Origin: Aulosira sp. ZfuVER01
Lineage (GTDB): Bacteria > Cyanobacteriota > Cyanobacteriia > Cyanobacteriales > Nostocaceae
NCBI GenBank assembly: GCA_034530615.2
Contig: JAVRCV020000007.1
Span: 64,001-128,000 of the forward strand
Direction: 5' to 3'
DNA: 64,000 bases
Shown here piece by piece: positions 21,728-32,404 of the stretch (positions are counted from its first letter, which is position 1; each line of letters opens with the position of its first letter). Position numbers and translations under genes: made by a program. Under the pieces are notes generated by a model. The model was not told the DNA's origin. It searched no databases and worked only from the letters and a program-made list of their open reading frames with translations.

Positions 21728-24091
21728 TTAACTGGGGGTAGTAATGTGGATTGCTAAACGTCTAGCGATCGCGTGGGAATAGCGATCCATCATATCGTTG
21801 ATACTAGCGTTTATTAAGATTTGGTTATCAGAGGTTAAGACCCCCAAACCAATCTCTGAATTAGCCACTATACCTAGTTTTTGCCATTTTTGACTGAGAT
21901 GTTCCTGTAAGTAGGATTCCCATATTTCTTGTTTATCCGATCGCACAGACACTAAAATTTGTCCACCACCTTCGCCAAACAGCACTGTATCTAAGCGTGT
22001 TGCTGGTTTTTCCAATGTAATTTGGGCACCAAGATTACCCGCAATGCAAGATTCTGCTACAGCAATAGCTAATCCACCCTCAGCACAATCATGGGCTGAA
22101 CGTATCCAGCCTGAACGAATCCCCTCACGACAAACTTGCTGTACGCGACGTTCCCAGTCAAAATCGACTTTTGGTGGTCTGCCAGCAACAGTACTGTGAA
22201 TTGTCGCCAAATATTCGGATGCGCCCAAACTTCCGTCAGATGTGGGCAGTAAACCCAAAAGATAAATAACATCACCAGCAGCTTGCCAACCTTGACCACA
22301 AATTTTGCTGATATCTGGAATTAATCCCACCATACCGACCACAGGAGTAGGATAGATGGGTTGGGGATTACCTTGAGAATCAAGGGTTTCATTATAAAGA
22401 GAAACATTGCCACCAGTTACAGGCGTAGCTAATTCCTGACAACCTTCTGCCAAACCGCGGCAAGCTTCTGCTAATTGCCAGTAACCAATTGGTTTTTCGG
22501 GACTGCCAAAATTTAAGTTATCTGTCACCGCCAGAGGTTCAGCACCCACACAACTGAGATTGCGTGCTGCTTCTGCCACCACTGCCTTAGCTCCCTCATA
22601 AGGGTCAAGATAGACATAGCGAGGATTGCAATCTACCGTCGCCGCCACTGCCGATTTTAGATTTTGGACTTTGGATTTTAGATTTTGAATTTCTTCCAGT
22701 GGGCGTAAGCGCACTACAGCCGCATCAGCACCACCAGGAAACATGACAGTATTATTTTGCACCTGATGATCGTACTGGCGATATACCCAGCTTTTAGAAG
22801 CAATGGTGGGGGTATCAAGCAAAGTTAACAGAATATCGTTCCAACTTTGCAAACTGCCTTGAATTTCAATACCATCAGTAGTGCAGGCAGGTAAAGAATC
22901 AGCCGTCCATTCCCAAGCTTGGCGAGCATATTCTGGAGGTTCCGCCAACAATTCCCGATGATATAGGGGGGTGTTTTCTGCCAAAGCATCCGCCGGAATT
23001 TCTGCTGCTATTCCACCCTCAAACAGAATCCGCACAATGGGTTCGGAAATTACTGTACCAGCGACAACAGCTTGGAGTCCCCAACGGTGAAAAATATCGA
23101 TTAACTCCTGTTCCCGTCCCTTGTGGGCAACAAACAGCATTCGTTCTTGAGATTCCGAAAGCAGGTATTCATAGGGAACCATGCCCAATTCCCGCACCGG
23201 AATTTTATCTAAATCTAGTTCAATGCCAACACCGCCTTTAGCTGCCATCTCCGATGTCGAACAGGTGATACCGGCAGCACCCATATCTTGGGCGGCGACA
23301 ACTGCGCCTGTTTTAAATGCTTCCAGACACGCTTCAATTAACGATTTTTCTAAAAAAGGATCGCCAACTTGCACAGCGGGACGGTCATCTATAGATTCAT
23401 CACTTAATTCTGCACTAGCAAAACTTGCGCCTCCCATACCATCGCGTCCCGTGGTAGAACCAACATACAACACGGGATTTCCTATCCCCGATGCGCCAGA
23501 TTTAACGATTTCTGGGGTTTCCATCAATCCCAAAGCCATGACATTCACTAAGGGATTTCCAGAATAGGCGGGGTCAAAGTAAACTTCACCACCTACGGTA
23601 GGTACACCAACGCAATTACCATAGTGACTAATACCAGCTACAACGCCTTGGAACAGCCTTTGGGTTTTGGCATCTTCTAGAGAACCAAAACGCAGGGAAT
23701 TTAATAAGGCTATGGGACGCGCACCCATTGTAAAGATATCTCTCAGGATACCTCCTACTCCTGTTGCGGCACCTTGGAAAGGTTCAACTGCTGAGGGGTG
23801 GTTATGGGATTCAATCTTAAAGGCTAGTTGCAGCCCATCGCCTAAATCTACAACACCAGCATTTTCACCAGGCCCAACCAAAATGCGAGGACCTGTCGTG
23901 GGAAACTGTTTGAGTAAAGGGCGAGAATTTTTATAACAACAATGCTCTGACCACATCACCCCAAACATTCCTAGTTCAGCTTTGTTGGGATGTCGCCCTA
24001 ACCGTCGGACAATTTCTTCATATTCTTCTGGCTTCAAACCTTCAGCGGCGATTTCTTTAGGTGAAAAGGGAGAAGAGGATTTGGCGGTCAT
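21728..24091 (-). CDS. purL: Phosphoribosylformylglycinamidine synthase subunit PurL
   Basis: [34 protein letters not shown] and GGNVSLYNE motifs. Confidence 0.97.
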   Translation of the reverse strand: MTAKSSSPFSPKEIAAEGLKPEEYEEIVRRLGRHPNKAELGMFGVMWSEHCCYKNSRPLLKQFPTTGPRILVGPGENAGVVDLGDGLQLAFKIESHNHPSAVEPFQGAATGVGGILRDIFTMGARPIALLNSLRFGSLEDAKTQRLFQGVVAGISHYGNCVGVPTVGGEVYFDPAYSGNPLVNVMALGLMETPEIVKSGASGIGNPVLYVGSTTGRDGMGGASFASAELSDESIDDRPAVQVGDPFLEKSLIEACLEAFKTGAVVAAQDMGAAGITCSTSEMAAKGGVGIELDLDKIPVRELGMVPYEYLLSESQERMLFVAHKGREQELIDIFHRWGLQAVVAGTVISEPIVRILFEGGIAAEIPADALAENTPLYHRELLAEPPEYARQAWEWTADSLPACTTDGIEIQGSLQSWNDILLTLLDTPTIASKSWVYRQYDHQVQNNTVMFPGGADAAVVRLRPLEEIQNLKSKVQNLKSAVAATVDCNPRYVYLDPYEGAKAVVAEAARNLSCVGAEPLAVTDNLNFGSPEKPIGYWQLAEACRGLAEGCQELATPVTGGNVSLYNETLDSQGNPQPIYPTPVVGMVGLIPDISKICGQGWQAAGDVIYLLGLLPTSDGSLGASEYLATIHSTVAGRPPKVDFDWERRVQQVCREGIRSGWIRSAHDCAEGGLAIAVAESCIAGNLGAQITLEKPATRLDTVLFGEGGGQILVSVRSDKQEIWESYLQEHLSQKWQKLGIVANSEIGLGVLTSDNQILINASINDMMDRYSHAIARRLAIHITTPS

Positions 24092-24237
24092 GGAAATAAT
24101 GCACCAAAAGGACAGAGCATTATTCTATCGGTTTCTTACCTATTCGGGTTACTGTCCAGTAGCATCAATAATACTGACGCAATACTGGCACAAGCCCCAA
24201 TGCTACATTGATAGCATCTCCAAACCCAGACCATACT

Positions 24238-24435
24238 ATGAATACCATTACAATTAAAATTCCGGATGAGCATTTGCTCAAGTTGCAGCAAAAAGCTAGT
24301 CTTCTTGGTATATCAATAGAAGAATTAGTGTTAATGGGTGTTGAAGAATTGCTCAATCAGCCAGAAACATCGTTTCAAGATGCGATGGACTACGTACTCA
24401 AGAAAAATGCTGAACTTTACAAGCGGCTAGCATAA
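24238..24435 (+). CDS. Putative RHH-type antitoxin / DNA-binding partner of Doc
   Basis: MNTITIKIPDE...YVLKKNAELYKRLA; its stop overlaps the next ATG (TAATG). Confidence 0.75.
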   Translation: MNTITIKIPDEHLLKLQQKASLLGISIEELVLMGVEELLNQPETSFQDAMDYVLKKNAELYKRLA

Positions 24436-24840
24436 TGCGCTATCTGACTTTAATAGAGGTGTTAGAACTATAATAATCGCATCATTAAGCAGTCAGGTGG
24501 CTCTGCGGGTATTTGCAATCTCGGCGGATTAGAGTCAGCTTTAGCTCAACCAACTATGACCTTTGGTGGAGAAGAACTTTATCCAACTATAGTTGAAAAG
24601 GCTTCAGCTCTGAGTTTTTCATTAATGAAAAATCATCCTTTCATAGATGGCAACAAACGCATTGGACATGTCGCAATGGAAGTTTTATTGGTTTTGAATG
24701 GTTTTGAGATTAACGCCACAGTGGATCAACAAGAACGGGTAATTTTGCAAGTAGCAGCTGGTAAGTTAGGACGAGATGAATTTACTGAGTGGCTTCGCAG
24801 TCATATCACTCCTAGCCCAGGTTTTGCTGATTCTGCATAA
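24435..24840 (+). pseudogene. Doc/Fic family (death-on-curing) toxin, +1 frameshift
   Basis: ATG 24435 gives MRYLTLIEVLEL then TAA at 24471. The +1 frame continues NRIIKQSGGSAGICNLGGLESALAQPTMTFGG...HPFIDGNKRIGH (Doc motif). Confidence 0.85.
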
Positions 24841-24944
24841 TTACAGTCAAAGCTAGCTATTTTTCTTCAGTTTTTATAGATAGGATATGCACAACTAAAG
24901 TCTGTAAGTATCTCTTTGCAATCTTAAGACCACAGTATCCACCT

Positions 24945-25682
24945 TCATGGCTGCTTCCTGTTAGTTGATTTTAGCAAAACTCTCGCTTGCTTTCTCCGCC
25001 GCAGAAATACCAAGCCAGCACCCGCGATCGCTAATCCAGCTAAAGGCGAAGACTCAGGAACTGTTTCTATCCGCTGAAACTGAACGGGGGTATTAACCAG
25101 CAATTGACCACTGCTACTAAAAATTTGGTCTAATGATTCGATAGTGTTGGCTTCAATTGAGACATTAGATACCACCTTACCGCCAGTACTTGTAGGACAA
25201 CCTATAGGTGCATTATTACCAACATAGCGATTCTGCTCATAGGTCAGATCGAGACTACAAACAGCAGCCGCAAGATTATTCTGGCTAATAATTCTCTCTG
25301 ATACAGGGCGATCGCAAAGTCCTATTAAACTGCTTGAGTTGATAAAGCTACGAATGCCCAAGTTTACAGCACCACTACCTAATCCGAATGAATAAAAGCG
25401 TACTCGGCCAAAACCTGCGCTATTCTGTTCTAAATAAACATTTTGGGTTGTATCTGTTCCCGTAGCACCATCTAGCTGCACCTGACAATTATTCATAGTA
25501 ATGAATGGCACTGAAGGATTGCTGGCTACTTGGGTAACATTATTAAATCTGCCTGTAAACCACTGTACTACTTCTTGAATCTGTGCTGAGAGAGGCTGTA
25601 CTTCAGCAGCACGACTCTGTTGGGGAAAAACAAAGCCAGCCACTAAAAAGGTTAATGTGTAGGCTTTTACTCGATTCATCAT
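24945..25682 (-). CDS. Secreted CpcT/CpeT-like protein with PEP-CTERM sorting signal
   Basis: N-terminal signal peptide; WFTGRFNN..Q...NP and VYLEQ resemble T-type bilin lyases; C-terminal VPESS-PLAGLAIAGAGLVFL-RRRK. Confidence 0.65.
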   Translation of the reverse strand: MMNRVKAYTLTFLVAGFVFPQQSRAAEVQPLSAQIQEVVQWFTGRFNNVTQVASNPSVPFITMNNCQVQLDGATGTDTTQNVYLEQNSAGFGRVRFYSFGLGSGAVNLGIRSFINSSSLIGLCDRPVSERIISQNNLAAAVCSLDLTYEQNRYVGNNAPIGCPTSTGGKVVSNVSIEANTIESLDQIFSSSGQLLVNTPVQFQRIETVPESSPLAGLAIAGAGLVFLRRRKQARVLLKSTNRKQP

Positions 25683-26012
25683 CGATTTAGAACTTCATTA
25701 ACATTACTAATGTTTAAATGAAGAAGATATTAAAGGTATCTAAAATCAAAATCTACTGCTCAACGTTAGATGTATCCATCAGCAAACTCTCCTATAATTA
25801 ACTCTAAGTCTGCTTTTGCTCTTGGGCAAATCAAATTTTTTAGTCACTAACTCTGCTAATTTTCAAATCCCATTAGCGGAAAGTTGAGAGAAATTAATGT
25901 GCGATCGCTGTGGAAACACTACCAATCGCACTTAAATTCTATATTTAATTCTACTTTATGAGTATATGCCTCTTAATGCACTCTTTCTCGGTAAAGCAAT
26001 TGTGTTGCTTTA

Positions 26013-26669
26013 TTAACCACCAACTTGTAGATTCTTGAGGATCAAATCGGCTCTGGGTGGAAATCCGTCCCCGTATTCTACTGGGTAATGTGTAATTACA
26101 TAGAAAACTTTGCCTTTTTGTTGACCAATGTAAACATTTCCTACTATGTTTTTGCTTTGACTGAAAACAATCTTTTCTTTTGCCCAAGCATAGGGAACTT
26201 TTTTAGTCCGGTCAACAACCCGCCATTTATTGGATGCAATTAAACCATTCTTACCATTTACAAAGCTTTTTAACTGGTCTAAAGTTTTGATACTATTCAG
26301 GAAGGCAACGTGAACGTAAGCATTTTCATTTTTGTTGCCTCCGAAATTAGCAATAAACCTCACTCCTGTTCCTTCTCCAGAACTACCTCCTTCAGCAAGA
26401 AAGTCCTTTTCAGGAAAGTAAGTAGTAAATAAATTGCTGTATTGGTCATAGAGTCTGAGAGTAACCGGAACTTTTTCCCCTTCCACACTAATAGTGGCAG
26501 TTTTGGTAGCTGGTCTATTGGTTGTTGAGTTATAACTGGTTTGGATGGCTGTAGGTGTAGCTGTAGCACTATTACTTTGAGACAGTTGAGAATGGACTGC
26601 TGGGGCGCAACCCAAGGATGTGGTCAATAGAATTGCCCCAGTCATGAGATTTACAGGATGAAGATGCAT
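26013..26669 (-). CDS. Hypothetical lipoprotein
   Basis: Hydrophobic signal with lipobox SLGC, S/T-rich linker, then a globular domain. Confidence 0.75.
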   Translation of the reverse strand: MHLHPVNLMTGAILLTTSLGCAPAVHSQLSQSNSATATPTAIQTSYNSTTNRPATKTATISVEGEKVPVTLRLYDQYSNLFTTYFPEKDFLAEGGSSGEGTGVRFIANFGGNKNENAYVHVAFLNSIKTLDQLKSFVNGKNGLIASNKWRVVDRTKKVPYAWAKEKIVFSQSKNIVGNVYIGQQKGKVFYVITHYPVEYGDGFPPRADLILKNLQVGG

Positions 26670-26709
26670 GTCACCGAAGACAGATTGGTATTAACAGATA
26701 ATTAGACTT

Positions 26710-26725
26710 TGTAGCTTAAGTTACA
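26710..26725. promoter_or_regulatory. NtcA-type binding site
   Basis: TGTA-GCTTAAGT-TACA is a perfect GTA-N8-TAC match with flanking T/A. Confidence 0.55.
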
Positions 26726-26918
26726 GTTCCACCATTTATGATGTAGTTTTTTCTCCTAATAGCAAGAAATTCCTTTGGTAGATACAGTTGGGCTGTGACC
26801 ATCCAGTGATAACAATCACAGATGCTCATGATTAAGATCGTCTCTGTACAAGTGCCAACCTGCCATAATGCCTCATAACTGAACTCTAGCCGAGTCATTA
26901 ATAGGGAACACAATAATT

Positions 26919-26953
26919 GCCGACAGTCTTTTATCAAGGGCTGTCGGCTTTTT
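26919..26953 (+). terminator. Plus-strand rho-independent terminator with no annotated plus-strand gene upstream
   Basis: GCCGACAGTC-TTTTATCAA-GGGCTGTCGGC followed by TTTTT. Confidence 0.65.
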
Positions 26954-27175
26954 GTTTTTAGTCCAGAGTCAATAGACCAATAGCTTTTGACCAATGACCA
27001 ACCATAAAATTTCCCCACACATGGTTGATAACTTGACATGGAGTTGCCAGAGCCACAACCAGTTGTGGGGAGAGTTATGATCAAATTAGAAATGTTATGG
27101 ATTTTGAGTGCTGAAATTTAGCACTCACTACTAGTGAACCAAAAGTCCACTACTCAAACCAGTACACACTTTGTA

Positions 27176-27661
27176 TCAAGACATTGCCTGAATAATGTAA
27201 TCAAAGTATGGTGCTGTCTCAGCAGCGTCTTCTGCACTAAGTAAGTCAAGGGAGGCTTTTTTCAGGGAATTGATAGCTTCTACCATTCCAGGTACGGGAA
27301 CGCCTAGTGAATTGTACATTTCCCGCACACCAATCAAACCAATTTTTTCAATTGGCTCTTTGTCGCCAGCAAGTACGCCATAGGTAATCAGGCGCAAATA
27401 CCAGCCAAAGTCACGAATACAGAGAGCACGCTGACGTTCGCCGTAAGCGTTTCCACCAGGGGAGATGAAGTCAGGGCGCTTCTGCCACAATTGTTTGGTT
27501 GCTTCCTGAACAATCTTTTTTTCGTTCTCAGCTAGGGTGCTAGCAATCCGTGTCCGCTTTGCACCGGTTTGCAAAAAAGCTTGGATGCTTTTTAGTTCAC
27601 CACTGCTGGGATAACGCAGTTCATCGTCGGCTTTGAGAATAACTTGGCTAATTACAGTCAT
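27176..27661 (-). CDS. apcD: Allophycocyanin subunit alpha-B
   Basis: [23 protein letters not shown]...[24 protein letters not shown]; 161 aa from the MTV start. Confidence 0.96.
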   Translation of the reverse strand: MTVISQVILKADDELRYPSSGELKSIQAFLQTGAKRTRIASTLAENEKKIVQEATKQLWQKRPDFISPGGNAYGERQRALCIRDFGWYLRLITYGVLAGDKEPIEKIGLIGVREMYNSLGVPVPGMVEAINSLKKASLDLLSAEDAAETAPYFDYIIQAMS

Positions 27662-27759
27662 GATTATGGCAATCACGCGAAATATTATTTGCTAGTTTAA
27701 CGAGTCTGAGGTACACAAGTGAAGGGCTAGAAGTTGGGATGTATTGAAATGACACTTTT

Positions 27760-27895
27760 GGGGAGTGGAGATGAGGGGGATGAGGAGACAAGGGAGTGTG
27801 GGGAGTGTGGGAGTGTGGGGCGAAAGGGGACAAGGGAGAAACAAATTATAACTTTTGACTCTTGACTAATGACCAATGACTAATGACAAATGACT
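27760..27895. repeat. STRR cluster (GGGAGTGTG, TTTTGAC, (AATGACT/C)n)
   Basis: Tandem repeats in the divergent apcD/rlmD intergenic region. Confidence 0.75.
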
Positions 27896-29296
27896 AATAT
27901 TATTTGGCAACAGGGTGAATTAATTGAAGTTGCGATCGCGGATTTGAGTGATACGGGCGATGGTGTGGGACGTTATAACGATCGCGTAGTTTTTGTACCC
28001 GATACTGTACCAGGCGATCGCGTTGTTGTGCGTTTGGTACACGTGAAACCTAAATACGCCCACGGTAAGCTTCAGCAATTATTGCAACCATCGCCCCATA
28101 GGCAAAGGCCGAGTTGCATTGTGGCTGATAAGTGTGGTGGTTGCCAATGGCAGCATATTAACTATGAGTTCCAGCTACAAGCTAAACGCAATCAAGTTAT
28201 TCAAGCTTTGGAACGGATTGGCGGTTTTATGCAACCACCAGTAGATCCCGTACTCGCGGCGGCGGCGTCTTTGAGCTATCGTAACAAAGCTACATATCCC
28301 CTGAGCAAATCTTCAACAGGGCAAGTACAAATTGGTTACTACCAAAAAGCCAGCCATCAATTAATTAATCTCAATCAATGCCCAGTACAAGATTCTCGAT
28401 TAAATCCAATACTTGCTGAGGTGAAGCAGGATATTCAAAAGCGAGGATGGCAAATTTATGAGGAACGCCGTCACCAAGGGCAAATTCGTCATCTTGGTTT
28501 ACGCATTGGACGGCGTACTGGCGAAATATTGCTGACTTTGGTTGTCAAGGACTGGAACTTACCAGGAGTTGAAACCCAAGCGCAGGAGTGGTTACAACGC
28601 TATCCCCAGTTGGTAGGAGTGTCGTTAAATCGCAATAGCGATCGCACAAATGCGATTTTTGGTAGCGAAACTCGTTGTATTGCTGGTATGCCATACCTGC
28701 GAGAAAAATTTGCAGGATTGGAATTTCAGGTACTTCCGGATACGTTTTTTCAGGTTTATACTGAAACAGCAGAGGCACTTTTAGCAGAGATTCAGTCAGA
28801 ATTGAATCTCCAAGGGTATGAGGTATTGGTGGACGCCTACTGCGGAATTGGGACTTTAACTTTGCCTTTGGCGAAACAAGTACGACTGGCTACTGGGCTA
28901 GAAGTACAAGCCGAAGCAGTAAAACAAGCAATTTTGAATGCCCAACGCAATGGAATTAATAATGTTAGCTTTCAAACTGGGGCTGTAGAAAAATTGCTGC
29001 CACAGATGGAAAATGCACCAGATGTGGTATTACTCGATCCGCCGCGTAAGGGGTGCGATCGCTCTGTTATGGAAACTTTACGGCAAGTGAAACCATCTCG
29101 GATTGTTTACGTCAGCTGTAAAGTAGCCACCCTCGCTCGTGATTTGAAATTGCTTTGCCAAGATGGGCTATATACTCTCAAACGAGTACAACCAGCGGAT
29201 TTTTTCCCCCAAACTGCTCATGTGGAAGCAGCCGCATTTCTTGTTTTATCACACCTAGACGGGGGTTCTGCCACCTTGACAAAAACTCAAATTTGA
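27890..29296 (+). CDS. rlmD: 23S rRNA (uracil-1939-C5)-methyltransferase
   Basis: TRAM domain, CGGCQWQH Fe-S motif, DAYCGIG, DPPRKG, YVSC, DFFPQTAHVE. Confidence 0.93.
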   Translation: MTNIIWQQGELIEVAIADLSDTGDGVGRYNDRVVFVPDTVPGDRVVVRLVHVKPKYAHGKLQQLLQPSPHRQRPSCIVADKCGGCQWQHINYEFQLQAKRNQVIQALERIGGFMQPPVDPVLAAAASLSYRNKATYPLSKSSTGQVQIGYYQKASHQLINLNQCPVQDSRLNPILAEVKQDIQKRGWQIYEERRHQGQIRHLGLRIGRRTGEILLTLVVKDWNLPGVETQAQEWLQRYPQLVGVSLNRNSDRTNAIFGSETRCIAGMPYLREKFAGLEFQVLPDTFFQVYTETAEALLAEIQSELNLQGYEVLVDAYCGIGTLTLPLAKQVRLATGLEVQAEAVKQAILNAQRNGINNVSFQTGAVEKLLPQMENAPDVVLLDPPRKGCDRSVMETLRQVKPSRIVYVSCKVATLARDLKLLCQDGLYTLKRVQPADFFPQTAHVEAAAFLVLSHLDGGSATLTKTQI

Positions 29297-29682
29297 AATT
29301 TGTAGTCTAGTGCATAGTAAAAATGCTAAAATTGAATTAAGCTAAAAATAGGTTTGATTTTGTTTAAAAAACTGAAGTTGCATAGGCTCTGAAAATCATG
29401 AATTAGATTGTTTAAAAGGCAACCCGGTCAAGAGACATAACACAAAAATGCTATTTCTAAATCCCAGCATTTTTTAGTTACTCACTACCTTTGGAGTTTA
29501 CTCCTAGCCATTTTAAATATTAAGCAATCTTAAATCATTAGCAGAGTCAATGCTCCCTAGCATTTTCAATATTTAGTTTTAAAGACGCAAGTTTGAAGGC
29601 AACATGACCACCTCAATATTTATCAGGGTGCCTGTAATAGCAAACTGATGTCTAGCTAACTGAAAGCTATGGGGTTTCTCTT

Positions 29683-30144
29683 GTGATTACCATCTCGCTC
29701 CGTCCAGTTGGACGTTATTGGGGCACTATTAGTTTTGCCTCAACTCTTTATCTATGTCCAATCTTAGATTTACTCTTGGCAGAGATTCCACCAACTTTAC
29801 AAGCCGAGCTGCGCCTGGGGCTTCAGGAAGCTTTAGTTAATGCAGCCAAACATGGCAATAATCTCGATCCCAGTAAAACGGTAGTAGTTCGTTTTTCGTT
29901 AATAGACAATCAATATTGGTGGGTCATATCAGACCAAGGTAGCGGCTTTGCTCCCGTATCTGACTCTGACTCTGATTGCGATCCCGATCCCATAGACTAT
30001 CTCCCACCAGATGAAGCAGAAAGCGGTCGAGGTCTTTGCCTGCTCCACCAGATTTTCGATCAGGTAGAGTGGAATCGCAAAGGTACAGAATTAAGACTTT
30101 GCAAACAGCTAGAACATCGACCACGACTAGCTCTGAGACGATGA
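29683..30144 (+). CDS. pmgA: Anti-sigma factor-like ATP-binding protein (RsbW/SpoIIAB type)
   Basis: SFASTLYLCPILDLLL, QEALVNAAKHGN, DQGSGF and SGRGL motifs. Confidence 0.85.
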   Translation: MITISLRPVGRYWGTISFASTLYLCPILDLLLAEIPPTLQAELRLGLQEALVNAAKHGNNLDPSKTVVVRFSLIDNQYWWVISDQGSGFAPVSDSDSDCDPDPIDYLPPDEAESGRGLCLLHQIFDQVEWNRKGTELRLCKQLEHRPRLALRR

Positions 30145-30186
30145 CAAAAGGATTGGGGATCGGGCATTTTCCCTTTCCCCTAAACC

Positions 30187-30480
30187 TTATTCCTTATTTG
30201 CCGATCCCTGATGACCATGACTGGGACAAGGGGGAGCAGAAATAGACTTATCTAACCAACCAGTAGCCTGTTCTAATCTAGCGAGGGCTTCTTGTGGCTG
30301 ATCTTTGAGGAGAAACACAAGAGCAGCGGCGGCTTGTTCACGAGCGCGAAAATTGCGGTTAGACTTGAGGCGATGCCAATCGTCAGGAGTAATACTTAGC
30401 CTTTCCATGAGGGCTTGGGCTAATTCCAAATTGCTAAATTCATTCAGTTGACTGGTTTTAGGCAGCTGGGTTTGAGACAT
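30187..30480 (-). CDS. Conserved cyanobacterial protein (DUF6439-like)
   Basis: DWHRLKSN and APPCPSHG motifs. Confidence 0.75.
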   Translation of the reverse strand: MSQTQLPKTSQLNEFSNLELAQALMERLSITPDDWHRLKSNRNFRAREQAAAALVFLLKDQPQEALARLEQATGWLDKSISAPPCPSHGHQGSANKE

Positions 30481-30582
30481 GACTCTGAGTGCTGAGTGTT
30501 AAGTGCGGAGTTGGTCTATAGTCGGAATTTTAGCTATTGACTATTGGCAGACTCACATTTAATCATAGTTTACTGTTGGAAA

Positions 30583-30951
30583 ATGAAGCCGCCTAAACAA
30601 TCGTCCCAGCATTCTCCCCAAGAAAATCCCGAACCAGAATTTGCACAAGAACTTGAAGAAGTAGAGCGATCGCTTTCATCTTTAAAAGAACGCTACACCC
30701 AAGTAGAAAGCGATCGCGACCAAAAAGCACAATTGCAACAGCGTCGTCAAGACTTACAGCACAATAAAAAACCAACGCCAGAAATCAAAGCAGAGTTAAA
30801 GCAGATTAAACAGCAGTTGGAAGTGCTAGAACTCAACTTAGAAAGCCAGTTATTTTCTTGGCGTAGCTTCAAAAAACCTTTCTGGCAAGCCGTCCGCTTT
30901 GGTGGAATGGGCGTTATCATAGGCTGGATATTAAAGTCCTGTGCTGGGTAA
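30583..30951 (+). CDS. Coiled-coil protein with C-terminal membrane anchor
   Basis: Heptad-rich; ends FWQAVRFGGMGVIIGWILKSCAG; start taken at MKPP. Confidence 0.75.
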   Translation: MKPPKQSSQHSPQENPEPEFAQELEEVERSLSSLKERYTQVESDRDQKAQLQQRRQDLQHNKKPTPEIKAELKQIKQQLEVLELNLESQLFSWRSFKKPFWQAVRFGGMGVIIGWILKSCAG

Positions 30952-30954
30952 ATT

Positions 30955-32346
30955 ATGGTAAATCGACGGATTGCAGAAATATTGCGAAGTGGTCAACCTG
31001 ATGAGTCCCTCTTGGTTCAAGGCTGGGTGCGGACAAAACGCGAGTCTAAAGGTTTTGCTTTTATTGAAGTCAATGACGGCTCATCACTAGCTAATTTGCA
31101 AATCGTGATTAATCAGGATTTGCCAGATTACGAAGCTATTTTAAAAAGTTTTAATACAGGTGCGGCAGTAGAAGTTACAGGAGTTTTGGTAGCATCTCTT
31201 GGTAAAGGACAGCGGATTGAACTCAAAGCCGAAACCGTGAAAGTTTACGGGGAAGCCGATCCCGAAACATATCCACTGCAAAAGAAACGCCATTCCTTTG
31301 AATTTTTACGCACCATTGGACATTTGCGATCGCGTACTAATTCCTTTGGAGCAGTTTTCCGTGTGCGAAATGCTTGTTCTACCGCAATTCACCAATTTTT
31401 CCAAGAAAGAGGTTTTTTGTGGGTACACACACCCATCATCACTGCAAGCGATTGCGAAGGCGCAGGGGAATTATTTAGCGTCACCAGCTTGGATCTGAAA
31501 AATATTCCCCGCACAGAAAATCAAGGAATAGATTACAGCCAAGACTTTTTTGGGAAACCGACATATTTAACAGTTAGCGGTCAGTTAGAAGCCGAAGTCA
31601 TGGCGATGGCGTTTAGTAACGTCTACACCTTTGGCCCTACCTTCCGCGCGGAAAATTCCAACACTTCGCGCCACCTAGCAGAATTTTGGATGGTCGAGCC
31701 GGAAATGGCTTTTTGCGATCTAGAAGGTGATATGGATTTAGCTGAGGCGTTTCTCAAATACATTTTTCAATATGTGTTGGAAAAATGCCCCGAAGATATG
31801 GAATTTTTTAATCAGCGCATTGATAACTCTGTATTAGCCACAGCCGAAAATATTATTAATAATCAATTTGAGCGCCTAACTTATACAGATGCGATCGCAC
31901 TTTTAGAAAAAGCTGATGTCAAGTTTGATTATCCTGTGAGTTGGGGCTTAGATTTACAATCGGAACACGAACGCTATTTGGCAGAGCAACTGTTCAAAAA
32001 ACCTGTAATCGTCACAGATTATCCAGCGCAAATCAAAGCTTTTTATATGCGCTTAAGCGATGATGAAAAGACTGTGCGGGCGATGGATATTCTTGCACCT
32101 AAAATTGGTGAGATCATTGGCGGTTCTCAACGGGAAGAACGTTTAGATGTCCTAGAACGCCGCGTATTAGCCCAAGGGATGAAGCCAGAAGATTTGTGGT
32201 GGTATCTAGATTTGCGCCGCTTTGGTACTGTACCTCACGCTGGTTTTGGACTGGGTTTTGAACGACTTGTGCAATTTATGACAGGGATGGGAAATATTAG
32301 GGATGTAATACCCTTCCCACGCACCCCGCAAAGTGCTGAGTTTTAA
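30955..32346 (+). CDS. asnS: Asparagine--tRNA ligase
   Basis: GWVRTKR OB fold, [26 protein letters not shown] and [11 protein letters not shown] motifs. Confidence 0.97.
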   Translation: MVNRRIAEILRSGQPDESLLVQGWVRTKRESKGFAFIEVNDGSSLANLQIVINQDLPDYEAILKSFNTGAAVEVTGVLVASLGKGQRIELKAETVKVYGEADPETYPLQKKRHSFEFLRTIGHLRSRTNSFGAVFRVRNACSTAIHQFFQERGFLWVHTPIITASDCEGAGELFSVTSLDLKNIPRTENQGIDYSQDFFGKPTYLTVSGQLEAEVMAMAFSNVYTFGPTFRAENSNTSRHLAEFWMVEPEMAFCDLEGDMDLAEAFLKYIFQYVLEKCPEDMEFFNQRIDNSVLATAENIINNQFERLTYTDAIALLEKADVKFDYPVSWGLDLQSEHERYLAEQLFKKPVIVTDYPAQIKAFYMRLSDDEKTVRAMDILAPKIGEIIGGSQREERLDVLERRVLAQGMKPEDLWWYLDLRRFGTVPHAGFGLGFERLVQFMTGMGNIRDVIPFPRTPQSAEF

Positions 32347-32404
32347 CCCAGTTAGTAGCAAATGATTGTGGGGGAAGGGCTAGCGTTGTGGGTGAGCTAA
32401 ATCG

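Noticed and set aside
24556..24840. 94-aa ORF as an intact toxin gene
   Set aside because: It lacks the Doc N-terminus, which is encoded upstream in another frame; treated as a pseudogene fragment.
26716..27084. 122-aa minus-strand ORF in the track
   Set aside because: No recognisable domain, it runs through STRR heptamers and a terminator, and its composition is atypical.
27105..27127. CIRCE-like sequence GAGTGCTGA-AAT-TTAGCACTC downstream of apcD
   Set aside because: The half-sites are in reverse order with the wrong spacing. It is better explained as a TGAGTGC-type repeat hairpin at the apcD 3' end.
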